From NCBI RefSeq assembly GCF_032191835.1, contig NC_083223.1, positions 252,836,001-252,900,000 of the forward strand: a stretch of DNA of 64,000 bases, given 5' to 3'. The first letter of the stretch is position 1. Every line of letters starts with the position of its first letter. The stretch comes from Heteronotia binoei (lineage: Eukaryota). The position numbers were made by a program, and so were the translations under genes. Shown piece by piece: positions 22,911 through 36,409 of the stretch. Below the pieces are notes generated by a model. That model worked only from the letters and a program-made list of their open reading frames with translations. It was not told where the DNA came from and ran no database searches.

Positions 22911-25882
22911 TAAAAGCCTTCAGCAATATGCAATAGTAAAAGGGGGGGGGGTGCTTAAGTGTGATGGGCTGTGCTCTTGGGTGTGAAGAAAGACAGGGAT
23001 GATAAATATGCATGAGTGTCACTACCCTGCATCTGGGTCAAGGTAGGGCACAAAGTGGCTGCATGTTGTTGTTGCTATCAGGGCTTTGTTTTTTTAGCAG
23101 GAATGCACAGGAACACAGTTTCAGGTGGCTTGGTGTCAGAGGGTGTGGCCTAATATGCAAATGAGTTCCTGCTGGGCTTTTCCTACAAAAAAGCCCTGTT
23201 GCCATCAAGTCAGGTCTTCAAGGCAAGAGGCATTCAGAGGTGTCACACAACCCTGGTATTCCTTGGAGATCTCTCATCCAAATACTGGCCAGGGTCAGCC
23301 CTGATTAGCTTCGAGATCTGATGAGAGTAGGAAAAGCCTGGGCCTGCACGTGGAAATAGTTTATGGACCTGTGCAGGATATCAGTTTTAGGTGAAGATTC
23401 CCATCCGCAGCTATCTGAAGAATCTCCTGCTCCCCTTAAGTACCTGCCCATTTGGTCCTCCTTGGACCAACATCATTACCAATCCTCTTCTTCAACAATC
23501 CCATCAGCACCCCACCTGTCTATATTGAGTGCCTATGACAGGAGTCCCCAGCGCGGTGTCCACCAGCACCTTTATTGGTGCCTGCCAAGTGCTTTTAGAA
23601 AGTGGGCAAGGCCAAGTGGGGCCTTCTGATTGGCTGTGCCAATTTTTAAAAAAAACCTTGCTTTGGCAGCAGCTGCCACCACAGCTGCAGCACAAGAATC
23701 TTCACTGTGTGAATAAAGTAAGCTGTAGCAGTGGCAGGCCATTCTGTGCCTGCCACAACTGTTCTGTAGCAGCCTTTTTATGGCTGTGCCCACCACACTG
23801 TTTTAATTCCAATGGTGCCCACAGGCTCAAAAAGGTTGGGGACTCCTGGTCTATGTCTTATGTCAGAAACTTAAAGTTATGTTTTGGTTCAAAAATTATA
23901 TGCTTTCTTAACTCAGTCTTCGTTCCATTTCTGTATCCTTCTGAGCTCACAGCAACAGGTGCATCATGATTCGAGCGCTTGCAAAAATCCACCCCATGGC
24001 TGAGAAGTATGATGGCATACTGAAATCCACTCATTGGAGCTGAAGAAGTGGATTCTAGTTTAGGAAAGCTTATCTGAGAATTGTTTGTAAAATGCTGCAA
24101 GATTTATCTGCAGAGCTGGATTGGCGGGTGGAAGTTAAAGCTTACCCATGTTTAATGTTTAACTAGAATCTGTCTTGTTCTTTCATTGAAGCTCCTGTCA
24201 CAAGTTGATAAACCTAATCTTAAGGAATTCTTGACGGGGTGTGATCAGTACCTCAGACAGACCTGTACACCCACTTACCTCACCTCAACTTCTAAACTTG
24301 TGACACAAAAGGTTCATTTGAAGTGTGAGAGTTTGTTTTATAAGATGACTTGGAATAAATAGAAGAGGGTTTGTGCTTTAGAGGTGACTATCACTCTTTT
24401 TAATTTGGGCAATGCTACAAATCATTAGGAATTCCATGGCATTAAGCTTGATTTAAACACAACACGAACAATCCTTTACATATATCTTTGCATTTGTGGA
24501 GCAGCTAGACAGCCATTTTTAATAAAATGCTGAACAAGTACAAAGTCCTTTGGCTAAGTGCTGTTTGGCACACTGGTGCTGTGTTTAAATTGGGCCTTGG
24601 TTTGCCGTTGTTTCCTTTTCTAATGAAGGTCTATCTTTACGGCTCATGCCCTTTGCTCTTAAAAGATGAAAAGAGGACTTTCATCCCACTGGCAGGCTGT
24701 ATGGATGCAACTTCATTCTTTAGCCCATTTCTTTACTCAGACACTGAATCCTAGAAAAAATTCATCTCCTGGGATGCATGAGCAGTAAGCCATGTGTTCA
24801 GAGATTATAAAGGATTAGGGCACACAATAATTTTACAACAAGTCAACACGTAACACCATTGAGTTTCGAATAGGCCTATGGAAGAAATAATTGCATGTAG
24901 CATGCAGCAATCAATAATCTACTTGGGTGTTCTGTGGTGCTCCCCTATCAGTCTGTAGTAGCATATCTGGGTCACCCAACCCCTCTTTGTTACTCACTTT
25001 GAACACATGGAACTGCATTCTACTGAATCAGACCATTGGCCCATCTAAGTCAGTATTGTCTACTCAGACTGGCAGTGGCTTTCCAGTCTCTGGCAGAGGT
25101 CTTTCACAGCACCTACGTCCAGATCTTTTAACTGGTTATATCAGAAATTGAACCTGGGACCTTCTTTATGCCAAGCAGATGCTCTACTATTGAACCACAG
25201 CCCCTCCCTGGACTACAAGCTTAACTAGGGCTTGACATGGTGAGTGAAATGATAACCATGTGGTTTGTAGACAGTTCATTGGAAGTGGATATGCCAAGCG
25301 GGCCTTTGGGCTATGGGTTGCTGTGATGCCTGAACTCATGATAGATATCTGTTATTGCTCCATGTCTGGAACCTCCTACTGACAGCCACAAACAACCTCG
25401 GCAGACAGAAACACAAAAGCAGCTCTAAGCCATCCTGTTGCATGTTTGGGAGCTAAAACCAGAATTTGGCTTGTGGACTTCAGTCTGCATAAACCACAGC
25501 TTGGCATGATGCGGTCCTTGCCAGCTCCAGACTGTTCTTTATACTATCATCACAGGACTTTCAGCATTATGAGTACCATGCGACCCCTTCTGCTTATCTT
25601 GCAGGAGATCACTGTTAACTCTCATTTCACGTGGGAAAAGAAGTAGACGGAAATTCAAGTGAAAATGTGTTGCAAGACTGAGACCTCCAAGAATGAACAG
25701 TATCCAAGCACTAAGTTAGGATTTGACAGCAAGTGCAACGTTCAGGTGCCCTCCACCCCCACTGCAACTACAGCCACAGGTTTCTCATTAAACAAGGCCC
25801 CTCACAGCTGTCTTGTACATGTAACAAGCCTTGCATGTCGACAACACTACAGTAATTGCTCCCCCCTGCCACATCTACAGTA

Positions 25883-26167
25883 GGACCCCCTGGTGCAGAG
25901 TGGTAAGCTGCAGTACTGCAGTCCAAGCTCTGCTCACGACCTGAGTTCAATCCCAGTGGAAGCTGGGTTCAGGTATCTGTCTCAAGGTGACTCAACCTTC
26001 CAAGGTCGGTAAAATGAGTACCCAGCTTGCTGGGGGGAAAGTGTAGATGATTGGGGAAGGCAATGGCAAACCACCCCGTAAAAAAGTCTGCCTTGAAAAT
26101 GTTGTGATGCGATGTCACCCCAGAGTCGGAAACGACCGGTGCTTGCACAGGGGGACTACCTTTACCT
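25883..26167 (+). mobile_element. Sauria SINE (Squam1-like, BovB-type tail)
   Basis: tggtgcagagtggtaagctgcagtactgcag head, ggcaatggcaaaccacc core, gcttgcacaggggactacctttacc end. Copies at 43947-44220(-) and 57335-57536(-, partial). Confidence 0.82.
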
Positions 26168-26249
26168 TGTACCACAACTACCGTCTATTCCATTATTTTC
26201 CCTGTTATATTGACTTTTAAAGCATGTGTTTAGCCCTTTAATATTATGA

Positions 26250-26430
26250 ATCGCACTGCTACAGGACCAACCCTAAATCAGACTTTTCCCTGCAGCCGCT
26301 GTGGCCGGACCTGCCTGTCCCACATTGGTCTTGTCAGGCACCAGCGAGCCTGCAGCAAACGTGGACTATTGCACCCTTCTTAAATCTTCGTTCGCGAAGC
26401 CAAGCCGAGAGAGAGAGAGAGAGAGAGATT
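26250..26430 (+). mobile_element. RTE-clade LINE 3' end with C2H2 zinc finger and (GA)n tail
   Basis: FPCSRCGRTCLSHIGLVRHQRAC followed by a short 3'UTR and a microsatellite tail. Confidence 0.78.
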
Positions 26431-27237
26431 ATATACATATATACACTGCCTAGTAATTTGTGCTTAGCAATTATGATTTTTCAGTGACTGTGCTTTTAGC
26501 ACAACAGCAACATCTGTTGCCTTGGTCTGATCCCCTTTACGTCTATTATGTAGTTTAGCTGTGCACATCCAAAGCATATTTCAAAGCATAGATACTGACT
26601 TACACCACAAACCAATGCAGTGTTTGCCAATATGGTGCTCATGAGTGCTTATACATTTCCTAGTATCCAGTTGCTTCTTCCCCAAAGCTAAGAGCCAGTT
26701 CTGGTTTTCCTCCACCATAGCAGACGCTTCAAGAAAGAAGAGGGCATCCCCTTTGGGTCTGCGGAGGGGCCATGCATTTGGAAACAACTGTCTCCACCAG
26801 AGGCAACTTGGCTTAGTGCCTCCTAACATGTTGTGCAATCTTTTAATGCTTTGCACTTGGACTTAGACTGGCCCCATTTACTCAGCAGCAGCCCTTCTGC
26901 TGTTCCGCTCTCAAAATTCCAGCAGTGCCCACAGGCTCAACAAATTCAGGGACACTTAAGATAATGTGTGTCTGAACACTCGGAAAAACACTAAGCAGCA
27001 TGTGGATGTGGGAATCAGTTGTTCGCAGCATAGAGATAACCAAGAACTGAACATACCCCACCTCCCAATGGCTGCAATCTTTTACAAATCTGGATTTACT
27101 GGTGTGTAATAGATAAAATGACCCTAACCACAGCTGGATTTGAGATCAACCCAAGGAGAAAAAAAACATGTTGCAGCTATAGGATAGACATAACCAATAA
27201 ATGAATTCGATCTAAGCCATGAACTTGAAGTGACGTT

Positions 27238-27243
27238 TTTATT
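27238..27243 (-). terminator. CCT3: CCT3 polyadenylation signal AATAAA
   Basis: Minus-strand AATAAA about 280 nt after the stop codon. Confidence 0.6.
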
Positions 27244-27520
27244 ATCAAAGCCACGAAGAAGCTACAGTATATATACTTAAATAAAGCATCAGTGTCTCCT
27301 TGATGGAACCGGGCCGGGGGGGGGGGGGGGAAGCTAACATGTCGTCAGCACTTCCACCTTTCCCTTGCCAACTTTGAACAAACCAGTATTTAGGACTCTG
27401 ACTGCACCTGAACCGAGAGTGGAAAAGGAAAGCAGCAGTCAGAAAGTAGCTCAGGTTGCTTCCATATCCTGCAATCCAAGGTGCGTGGCTTTCCCTTATA
27501 GGCTTCCTAACCCCACAGAC

Positions 27521-27625
27521 TTAGTCTTGGGCTGCATCTGGGGCTGCAGACTGCTTGTTTTGATCATCTCCTTTCTTCTTGTGCCCCGAAACAATGTCAT
27601 CAATACGCAGGAGGAGGACAGCAGT
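27521..27625 (-). CDS. CCT3: CCT3 exon 14 (TAVLLLRIDDIVSGHKKKGDD...AAQD*)
   Basis: ctacag|ACT acceptor, TAA at 27521-27523, 105 nt. Confidence 0.98.
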   Translation of the reverse strand, partial: TAVLLLRIDDIVSGHKKKGDDQNKQSAAPDAAQD

Positions 27626-28829
27626 CTGTAGTGGAAAGTGGGGGGGAAGCACAAAAAGGTGTGATTAACAAAAAGAATTTTGGAGAAGCAGGTTACTCTC
27701 AAATTCCTTGCCTGGGTTTGTAAGGCTCAAATAGTTTTGTCACAGAAGCTTGCTGGGCGACCTTGGCCCAGTCACTCTCCCTAAACCAGAAGAAAAAGAG
27801 ACAGAGGAAAAAGAAAAGGAGGAGGAGAAGATTGGATTTATATCCTGCCCTTCACTACCTGAAGGAGTCTCAGAGCAACTTACAATCTCCTTCCCCTTCC
27901 CCTCCACACAACAGACACCCTGTAAGGTAGGTGGGGCTGAGAGAGCTCTGATAGAAATTGCTCTTGGGAGGAATAGCTCTGCAAAATTTGCAACTAACTC
28001 AATCACAGGTGCATGTGGAGGAGTGCAGAATCAAACTTGGTTCTCCCAGATAAGAGTCCGCACACTTAATCACTACATCAAGGTGGTTGTTATGAGAACA
28101 AATTGGATGATAGGGGAACAATGTTGTGGGTCGCTATCAGTGCATGCAAACAAAAGTTTATACCCAGAATTAAACTTCGTTGGTCTTAAAGGTGCCACTG
28201 GGCTCAAACTTTGTTTTATTTTATAGCACTGTGAGGCAGGTTTAGCTGAGGCACAACTGGCCCTGAAAGCTTTGCAGCAAGACAGGGAACTGAACTTTGG
28301 TGTCCTCAGTCTCTCTCTTATTTCCAGATGTTCTTCACACTCCATGAGAGCTAGAACCTTTCTTGGTTGTACAGATTTGTAATCAAAGCTACAATTCTAT
28401 TCAAATGCTCACTTCTATATTATACTGGACTTGTTCCTCATTGCACACAACAGCAGCTCACATTTATTAGCTACGTAAAAAGGGAGCATGCGTGCAAGGA
28501 ATTAGCTGTATCGGGGTAAGAATAGCAGAAGGTTCTAGGAAACTTGAAAGGAACATGAGAGTCTAACTGCATAGCAAGACTAGAAATGGGAGGCCCTTCC
28601 TGCCATCAGCTGGGATAACAAACTTAGTTCATGCGCTTGCCCTGCTTTTTAAGTGGGAGATAGCCTGGATGCCCTCCATTAGAGAGAAAGAGAGAGAGCT
28701 TAGAATACAAGAAGTCATAGGAGGGAAGACTGTTTTTTTAAAAGAGAAACTAACATTTCATTGGAGAAGGATGAGATGACAAGGACACCACCAACTTTGG
28801 CCACAGATTCCATCAGGCACTCTCCTTAC

Positions 28830-28961
28830 CTCCACAGCTGTCTTGTACGTCTGCAATTTCACTGACAAAGGCTCCCATATACCCAGATCCTTCATGTCTG
28901 CCAAGGCTCCAGTCTCCCCATTTACCCCCCAGGTCTGACTGCCTTCCTGGGTGTGTTTTGC
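28830..28961 (-). CDS. CCT3: CCT3 exon 13 (AKHTQEG...YKTAVE)
   Basis: AG/GT boundaries, 132 nt. Confidence 0.98.
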
Positions 28962-29563
28962 CTGTAAGGAGTTGAGAGCAATTACTGTCAAGATGTCAGA
29001 AGGGCTGGTTTTCACAGATGGTTCAGCCTGATAATCTTCCCCCACTCCTTTCACCAGCACCCTGTCTCCAAAACATGGACAACAGCAGATACTACCTATA
29101 TGGTGATTTAAAGACTACATCTAATAATCTTCTGCTCACACCCAGGTTTGTTTATAAAGATTTTCAGATCCACACTGTAGCCCTCATTCCATGGACAATA
29201 ACTAACACAAAGGATCATTTCAGACCCCACATCAAATAGCAGCTAGAAGAGTGACCGAAGGGCCAGGATTTCAGTTTTTATTAACTATACACTAGTGATA
29301 TTTAAAACTATCATAAAATAAGCACAGTTTAGTTATCGATAGGCATGATAGCTTAATCAAAACGGCTAACCTTAACGATTTATAAATTTTAATCCATCAG
29401 TGTTAGGCAAGTGAACAATTAACTGAACTGCTCTCTTCAGCTGCCACCCTGCCCGGACTACCTGACAATATTTAATCACAATCAACCAATAAACATGCCA
29501 GCCCCTCCTGGAATGGACATTAGGACAGCAACCACAGTGGAGCAGCGTGAATACGGTCCTTAC

Positions 29564-29809
29564 CCGTAGCGAGGTGAGTGCACGGATGGTGCTAGCGCCA
29601 CAGTTCTGAATAAGTGTCCTAGGAATGACTTCCAGGGCTTGCGCAGCAGCACGGTAGGGCCACTGCTCCACCCCAGTCATGACCTTTGACTTCTCCGTCA
29701 AGTAATGAGCGACAGCCATCTCGGAAGCACCACCTCCAGGCACCAACTGGGCATCGATCATGACATTGCGGCAGACTTGCATGGCATCGTGAAGGTTGCG
29801 CTCCACCTC
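29564..29809 (-). CDS. CCT3: CCT3 exon 12 (EVERNLHDAMQV...LTSLR)
   Basis: AG/GT boundaries, 246 nt, PGGGASEM motif. Confidence 0.98.
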
Positions 29810-30735
29810 CTGCAAGAAGGGAGGATTGCGCAAAGGGTTCACACCTCGAGTGAACAAGGTTCAACCAGCTACAGAAATGTTCAAATTGCTAGTGTGCTGC
29901 AAGATGCGAATGAATAAAATCAAGCCTACCTACCCACAGAGGAAACTACCTACTGCGTCTCTGCATGAATCACAGCTCTGTCTTTGCTGCCTTCCAACCA
30001 AGCTCTGGTAATTCTGCTGGGCCCTCTGCACTGGATGCAAATTGCAGTGGGAGTGCTTGAGTGCCCAGAGATACCACCCACACTAGAAGAAGCTGCTGTC
30101 TTTGTGGGGGTCACTGTCCTAATATTGTCTCTAACGAAGATGTGAAACTACCTGATATATCATTACACCACTAGTTATCTAGTTAGCTGAGCATGGTCTA
30201 TTCAGGCTCTCTAGGGTTTCAGAGTAAGACACTCCCCCATTTGCTACTTGAGACCATTTAACTGGATGTCCCAAAGACTGAACTGGGGACCTTTCAGCAT
30301 ACAAAACGTATGTTGTTGTTGTTCAGTCGCACAGCTGAGTTCAACTCTTTGCGACCCCATGGACAAAGTCATGCCAGGCCCTCTACATATGCTCTACCAC
30401 TAAGCGATGGCCCCTCTCCAAATGCCTCCTTCCAATCAGGAAGTGGACTTTAGTAAAGGCAGGTAATTTTTATTCCTTAACATTCTAAGGGAGACATTTT
30501 GTTTGTTAAGCATGAAGTGTGCTTCCCGCTTTTTTCAACATTAAAGTATGTCATGAGCTATCAGCAGCATGGAAGTTAGGTACTGAACACCATCCTGCAA
30601 CGGGATAGGATACTGAACTAGTTTTAAATTACATAATTCAAAATAGGCCATCTCAAAACCGGGGAACCTCTTAGAACTCTCCCACATTCTCAATCATGAC
30701 TCATTGCTCTCCTTTCCCCAGGAAAGGTTACTCAC

Positions 30736-30916
30736 TGCTAGAATCTCTTTGCTGGCACCCCGAAGCATAATGGTGCAGGCTTTGGGCTCCTTGCAGTCAG
30801 TGATGAAGGTGAAGTACTCATCCCCAATTTTTTTCACTTCAAAAAGCGCTGCCCCGGTCCCGACATCCTCTTCGCGCAACTCTTCTGGACGGCTGACGAT
30901 ACGAGCCCCGCAGGCC
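30736..30916 (-). CDS. CCT3: CCT3 exon 11 (ACGARIVSRPEE...ASKEILA)
   Basis: AG/GT boundaries, 181 nt. Confidence 0.98.
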
Positions 30917-31542
30917 CTATCACATAACAGCAAAAGAAACACCCATCTATGTTGAAGGTCTGTTTGAACCTGGAAGCAACAACATTACAATTCTGCACAC
31001 ATCCACTCTTCTTCCTTGGTGGACAGACTTCTGTCACTAGAGTATGACCTGACTAATGGTGAATTCTAAAGATGGGGAATCCGAAATCCTTGTTAGGATG
31101 ACCATATCCTTGCTCTGCCTAGTTTCAGAAAAGTTTACAGTAAGCCAGATAATAAGACTTTCTCATCTTATAATTCTAACGGGAGCCTTTGAAATCCATC
31201 AAGCGGCTCCTCCTCTTAACAGCTGGCCTCAGGAGGAAAAGGAAGCTTTAAGAAGTTTCCCACAGAGCTCTATCATGCTTCCCAAACTCTCCTTCCCTGT
31301 TTGAAATGCCAGCAACAGGTCAGTCTAGACAGCTAGTAGATGCAGGGAACCAAAATGGGAAAGCTGGCATCCTTCAGCCTTCCTCTCTGCCCATTACACC
31401 AGCTCTTATCTTACCAATTCAGTGCAAACTGATGAAGTGAAGGAGACGCAAAAGCACCTCAGGAGGAATGACACCAGCATGTGCTTCCAAATCAGCTTAA
31501 GGGATTCCCAGCAGAACTTGTAGCAACTGAAGTTAGTCTCAC

Positions 31543-31624
31543 CTTGCAATCCTGTTGTTATCTGTTTTCCTCACTCGGCGGATAGCACTGATGTTGGCTC
31601 TCATCAGGAAGTGCTGGGCCAAGT
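31543..31624 (-). CDS. CCT3: CCT3 exon 10 (DLAQHFLMRANISAIRRVRKTDNNRIAR)
   Basis: AG/GT boundaries, 82 nt. Confidence 0.98.
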
Positions 31625-31727
31625 CTGAAGCCAAGAGAAAAGTCCACTGAGCACCACGAACACTCCTACAGTGAGAGGTTTTGTAGCCAGAGCTCCCCTG
31701 CCCCACAGTAGCATGCAGGCTACTTAC

Positions 31728-31860
31728 CTGAGATTCCCTTCTCCGTGATGATGAGATCTGGCTTGACTTTGATTAGATGTTCACACATCTGCTGGACAAA
31801 CTCCTCCTCCATCTGCAAGATGCGGGCAAAGTCCTCCTCGCGGGTGATTTCAATGTCAGT
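31728..31860 (-). CDS. CCT3: CCT3 exon 9 (TDIEITREED...TEKGIS)
   Basis: AG/GT boundaries, 133 nt. Confidence 0.98.
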
Positions 31861-32601
31861 CTGCATGAAAAAAACACCAGCGCTTCTGACCAAGTCCAGC
31901 ATTCTGGTTATGGAAGAGATCTCCCAAATATGTATTCATCATGGCATTGTGGACTGCATAAACACGTTCAGCTCTAAACAATGCAACCCAGTTTCCATGG
32001 GGCATTACTGGCTTCAGGATTAGCTTTCTCACATGCAAGGAGGCAGTGCTAAAGTCAAAGCTGTGTTTGTGCGCTGCAATTCCACTAAAGCACAGAGAGA
32101 AACCTGCAGTAGTAAGGAACAAATTCCACTTCTCTTTTGTTTTGGAAAGGCAAGTTTTGAGACTTATAGCCGCAGTGTACTTTCAACAGAAGCTTCTTCC
32201 AGTCCTCTATGTGGCTAGCCTGAGTATTTTTTTGCCTCTGTGTAGACAAGCTGGTACTTCTACCAACTTAAAAGAACTATCATACAAAAGTAAATATTCC
32301 AGCCAAGCTGTATACAATGAGAGGTCCACAGAACTGGTGCTCTCCAAAGCCCTGCTGCCTTGAACTGGCTTTGTGTGTATGTCATCTCCCTCAGGGAAGA
32401 ATGAAGAACAGATGTTATTTGCCTACCTCTGAAGCAAATGGGACATTGCTTAGCTGGTTATGCAAAGTAGTATTAACCTGTGCCTGGACAGCCTTCCCCA
32501 GTTAAGAAGCAGAGCTAGCTTCTAATCCACAAGGTAGCCAAGACATATTTGAAAATCTGTGGACCATTCCTGCTGAATCTCAATCTTATCAGCCAACGTA
32601 C

Positions 32602-32751
32602 CTGACTCTCTCCTTTCTTAAACTCCAAAGAGCAGTCCAACAAGACAATACGAGGGTTCTTGATGGTGCGACGCATTCGAGGGTGAGTGATATCTTTATT
32701 GACCATGACCCCACGCAGGACACACGAATCCTCAATGATGCCACCAGGAAT
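32602..32751 (-). CDS. CCT3: CCT3 exon 8 (IPGGIIED...KKGESQ)
   Basis: AG/GT boundaries, 150 nt. Confidence 0.98.
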
Positions 32752-33411
32752 CTTATGGATGAAAAACCAAATTTAGATTTTATAACAAGACAAAGCAGCA
32801 GGGGACACTTGCAATGGAATTTCCCTCCATGTCCCAGCAACATGACCACAAGTTCTAGAGTAAGCAGAAGAAACTATTTTGCCTCAAACACCTCAGTGAC
32901 TCTGGATGTTCGTGTCATACAGCAAGTGAGCTAAGCTCTCTCTAGGCCAGAAAGTAGTTCTGGACCTCACCCCTGTAAGTGATGGGCGGGGCAACACCCC
33001 AAGGGAGGAAAGGCAACTATTGGGCCTAGACAAAGATTTAGACAAGAATCTGTTCTCCAACCCTTCAGCTTTTACTAGTCTCCTTCTTATAACCCCTTCC
33101 CGCTCTGAACTATGTTCTGGTGGGGGCAAAGTGCTGGATCTGGCTGCAGCAAGAAAGAAGTGGCCTGCCACTTACAGATTTGTTAGCAGAAGTAACAGAG
33201 GGAAGGAAGGATGCTGCAGTTCCTTGCCTTAAATTAAAAAAAAAAAAAGCTCTTCCAACTTGACTAAGTTGAGCTGAGCAGGATCAATTCCTTTCCTACA
33301 TACTGGAGAAACCAGAAAAAAAGGAAATGTCATCTATTCTCAAATCTCTTCCGCCCAGGTCAACAGTAAGCACCACCTAGCAGAGGCAAACATATAAAGG
33401 TCCCTTTGCAC

Positions 33412-33598
33412 CTTTTCTACTTTGGCGTATTTCTTGATGTCAATTTCTTTCCTGCCATTCTCATCAAATTCCACAGTCTTGACAGCATCCAGGGCAATGC
33501 TGCAGGCCAAGTCTGACCAACGACTGATGACCTTGGTGCTGATGGCACTGTTGATTATTTTGAGCATGGCTTCACGGTTGCTGACATCAACTGGAGTA
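33412..33598 (-). CDS. CCT3: CCT3 exon 7 (TPVDVSNREAM...YAKVEK)
   Basis: AG/GT boundaries, 187 nt. Confidence 0.98.
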
Positions 33599-34845
33599 CT
33601 GTAGGAACAGTGCACAAGATACACGAAGTGTAAGACAAAAGAAACCAACAACATTAACTGCTGTTCGCCTACCTAACTGGCTGAACAGGAAGGGACTTTG
33701 GGGCATATTCATACAGCAAAGGTAGATGTCTGAAACTGAATTTGTATCTCTATAGTCGCACAGATGTACACAAATTCCCACCCACTTGCACACATCCACC
33801 ACTAGGCTGTTCCAGAGATTCCACTCTCTCTTTCTCTGTCTGAGTGTGGCAAGTGGGTGCATGAGGATCAAGACTTGAGATAGCACTGAAAAAACAGTGC
33901 CAGGCAGTGGCCGAGACTGAGCTGCGCAGGCGAAAGGAAGCCAAGGCAAAGCAGTCGTAGTGGCACATAGGCAGGCCCGCCCCAGCACCTCACTGCGTGA
34001 TGGGCAGTGAGGAGACAGAGCTAATTCGGTGGGGGTGTCACCTGCAAATGCCCCTCCCCCTTTGGCTACGGTACTGGTGCTAGTACTCAGTACCAGCACG
34101 CCTGAAAAAAAACCCCTAGTTCCCCCAAAGGCACTCTGGGAACTTTAGTTTGAAAGCATTAAGAATTATTTGCCAGAAATCCCTAAAGCTGCTTCAGAAA
34201 CCTAAAATCTCCATGTTTCCTTGGCTGGCAGGCATAACAATCTGACTAGTCTGACATTGGTTTCTATTTGTAGCATCATCCAAGACACATCACTGGCCCA
34301 TCTAGATTAATACTATCTACTCCCAACTCCAGTTCTCCAAAGCCTCAGGCAAGGAAACCTTTTCCTCACCTGTTACTCAAGATTTTTTACCTGGAAGGTA
34401 CTGGGAATTCAGCCCTGACCCTACAGTCACTTCCAAACACATGAAGCATTCTTATGCTGCCATACATTTATGCTAGTGCTTTATTCTGACTGGAAGCAGC
34501 TCTCCAAGGACTCAAGCCAAGGTCTTTCCTAGCCCTGCTACCAGCAATCCTTATTTGGAAATGGCAGTCAGTGAATCGGGTGCCTTCCATATGCACAGTA
34601 TGCTCTGTCACCAAGCTATGGACACTTTCCTTAAAGGCAGATTTAAATCCAGATCTAATAGACAAGCGTTTTGGTACAAATTTAGTTGTCATGCCTCTGG
34701 AACCACTTGCCCCCTGCCCGCCACAGGCTTCACTTCCTTTATTGCTTCCTCCCGTGGGTGCCCAAGAAAGCACCCAGCACTTTATGATACGTACACGCAC
34801 TGCGCTCCATTCTCCCCACTCCCATTTCCAACCAATTCTGCTCAC

Positions 34846-34963
34846 CTGATTTTTTTCAGTGCGCTGATCATGTCATCCAGTGCCTTACGGTATGCCCCAA
34901 TTATTACTGTTGGATGCATCTGCTGCTCAAGGAAATGTTCAGCAACTGCCAGCATCTCTCCAG
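34846..34963 (-). CDS. CCT3: CCT3 exon 6 (AGEMLAVAEHF...LKKI)
   Basis: AG/GT boundaries, 118 nt. Confidence 0.98.
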
Positions 34964-36312
34964 CTAAATAACAAGCAGAAACCAGTGAAACAGAACTATT
35001 ACATCTGCCATTGGTTAGACTTGCATTGTGAAGAAACACCACTGCAATGAAGAGGACAATTCCCACTGATATAAATGCTTCCGAATTACATGCATTTCGA
35101 ACTAGAATGTGCTTTGAATCCAATCCTCAAGTCCTTTCCTAACTGCCTTGCACCCAGCTGCTGCAAGAAGTGCAGCCCTGCTGGTCATGGAACAAGAAGA
35201 AGAGTCTCAGACAGCAACCATCTTATTATTGTATTCTATGGGCTGTAGTTATATTGATCTACAGACTGTGCCCAATTGCAATTGCCACCTATGGCCGTTA
35301 TTGTTTTTATGGTTTTAATCTATAAGCTTTCATTGTGATTTAATCTATGTTGTTATCCGCCCTGAGTCCGCTTTTAGAAAAGGGCGGAATACAAGCCAGC
35401 AAAATTAACAAATAAGCATTCTTTGTGGCCCAAGGCACAAACAGCAGCACTAGATCAACAGGCCACTCTCTTTCCCACTCTGCCCCATCAGAAACCCTAC
35501 AATGTCTTGCAAATGCCTCTACTCCCAAACCATCCCCCTGCTCTGGATTCCAACTGCCACTGCCAAGAACATCAGGGGAAAAGGAGTCGGTAGCCATGTA
35601 CCCCACTGCTATGCCTGGATCAAGCACTGTTCATGAAAAAACTCATTCATTTTATGACTGAATTGTTTTACTTTTATGTAAATTACTTTGAGGATAGTCA
35701 TGTTGAAAAGTAGCATATAAATAAAACAAACTTGATTCAACTGAGACAGTCTCCCCCACAAGGCATGTTGAAATGAATGGGAGCTACAAAAGAGCATTAC
35801 CATGTTCTTGGGATTCCCCCATTCATTTCAATAGGGTGGGCGGCAGCAACAGAAAAAACCCCCTGCAAATTTATACTCCGCCCTTCTCTCTGAATCAGAG
35901 AGCGGTCACAATCTCCTATATCTCCCCCCCCCCCACAACAGACACCCTGTGAGGTGGGTGGGGCTGAGAGGGCTCTCACAGCAGCTGCCCTTTCAAGGAT
36001 AACTCCTGCAATAGCTATGGCTAACCCAAGGCCACTCTAGCAGGTGCAAGTGGAGAAGTGGGGAATCAAACCTGGTTCTCCCAGATAAGAGTCCGCACAC
36101 TTAACCACTACAGCAAACTGGCCCTCGAAAACTACCTCCTCTGAGACAAATCTGCCAATCTCACACCTTGGCTTTCACAACACCAAAAACACAGCACTCA
36201 AGGCAACAACCTCACACTTACTCCACAGCAGGTTTTAGAGAAACAGCAGTCATGTGGCCATCAACTGTACTCATGGGCAAGAGAGAAAGTATCACACAGC
36301 TAGAGCTCTTAC

Positions 36313-36409
36313 CAAGAATAATGACAGATGTGGTCCCATCGCCCACTTCTTCATCCTGAGTGCGGCTTATTTCAATCATGGACTTGGCAGCTGGATGCTG
36401 GACCTGAAT
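36313..36409 (-). CDS. CCT3: CCT3 exon 5 (IQVQHPAAKS...GDGTTSVIIL)
   Basis: AG/GT boundaries, 97 nt; chaperonin GDGTT ATP-binding motif. Confidence 0.98.

Noticed and set aside
21572-24362. Possible cryptic plus-strand spliced gene (exon-like pieces at 21572-21642, from 23391, and 24192-24362, LLSQVDKPNLKEFLTGC...)
   Set aside because: Splice-like signals exist, but I could not join them into a consistent frame or recognise a protein. RNA-seq or tBLASTx would be needed.
15300-27200. VHLL or another known gene between GLMP and CCT3
   Set aside because: No VHL-like coding sequence found; the interval is mostly transposable elements.
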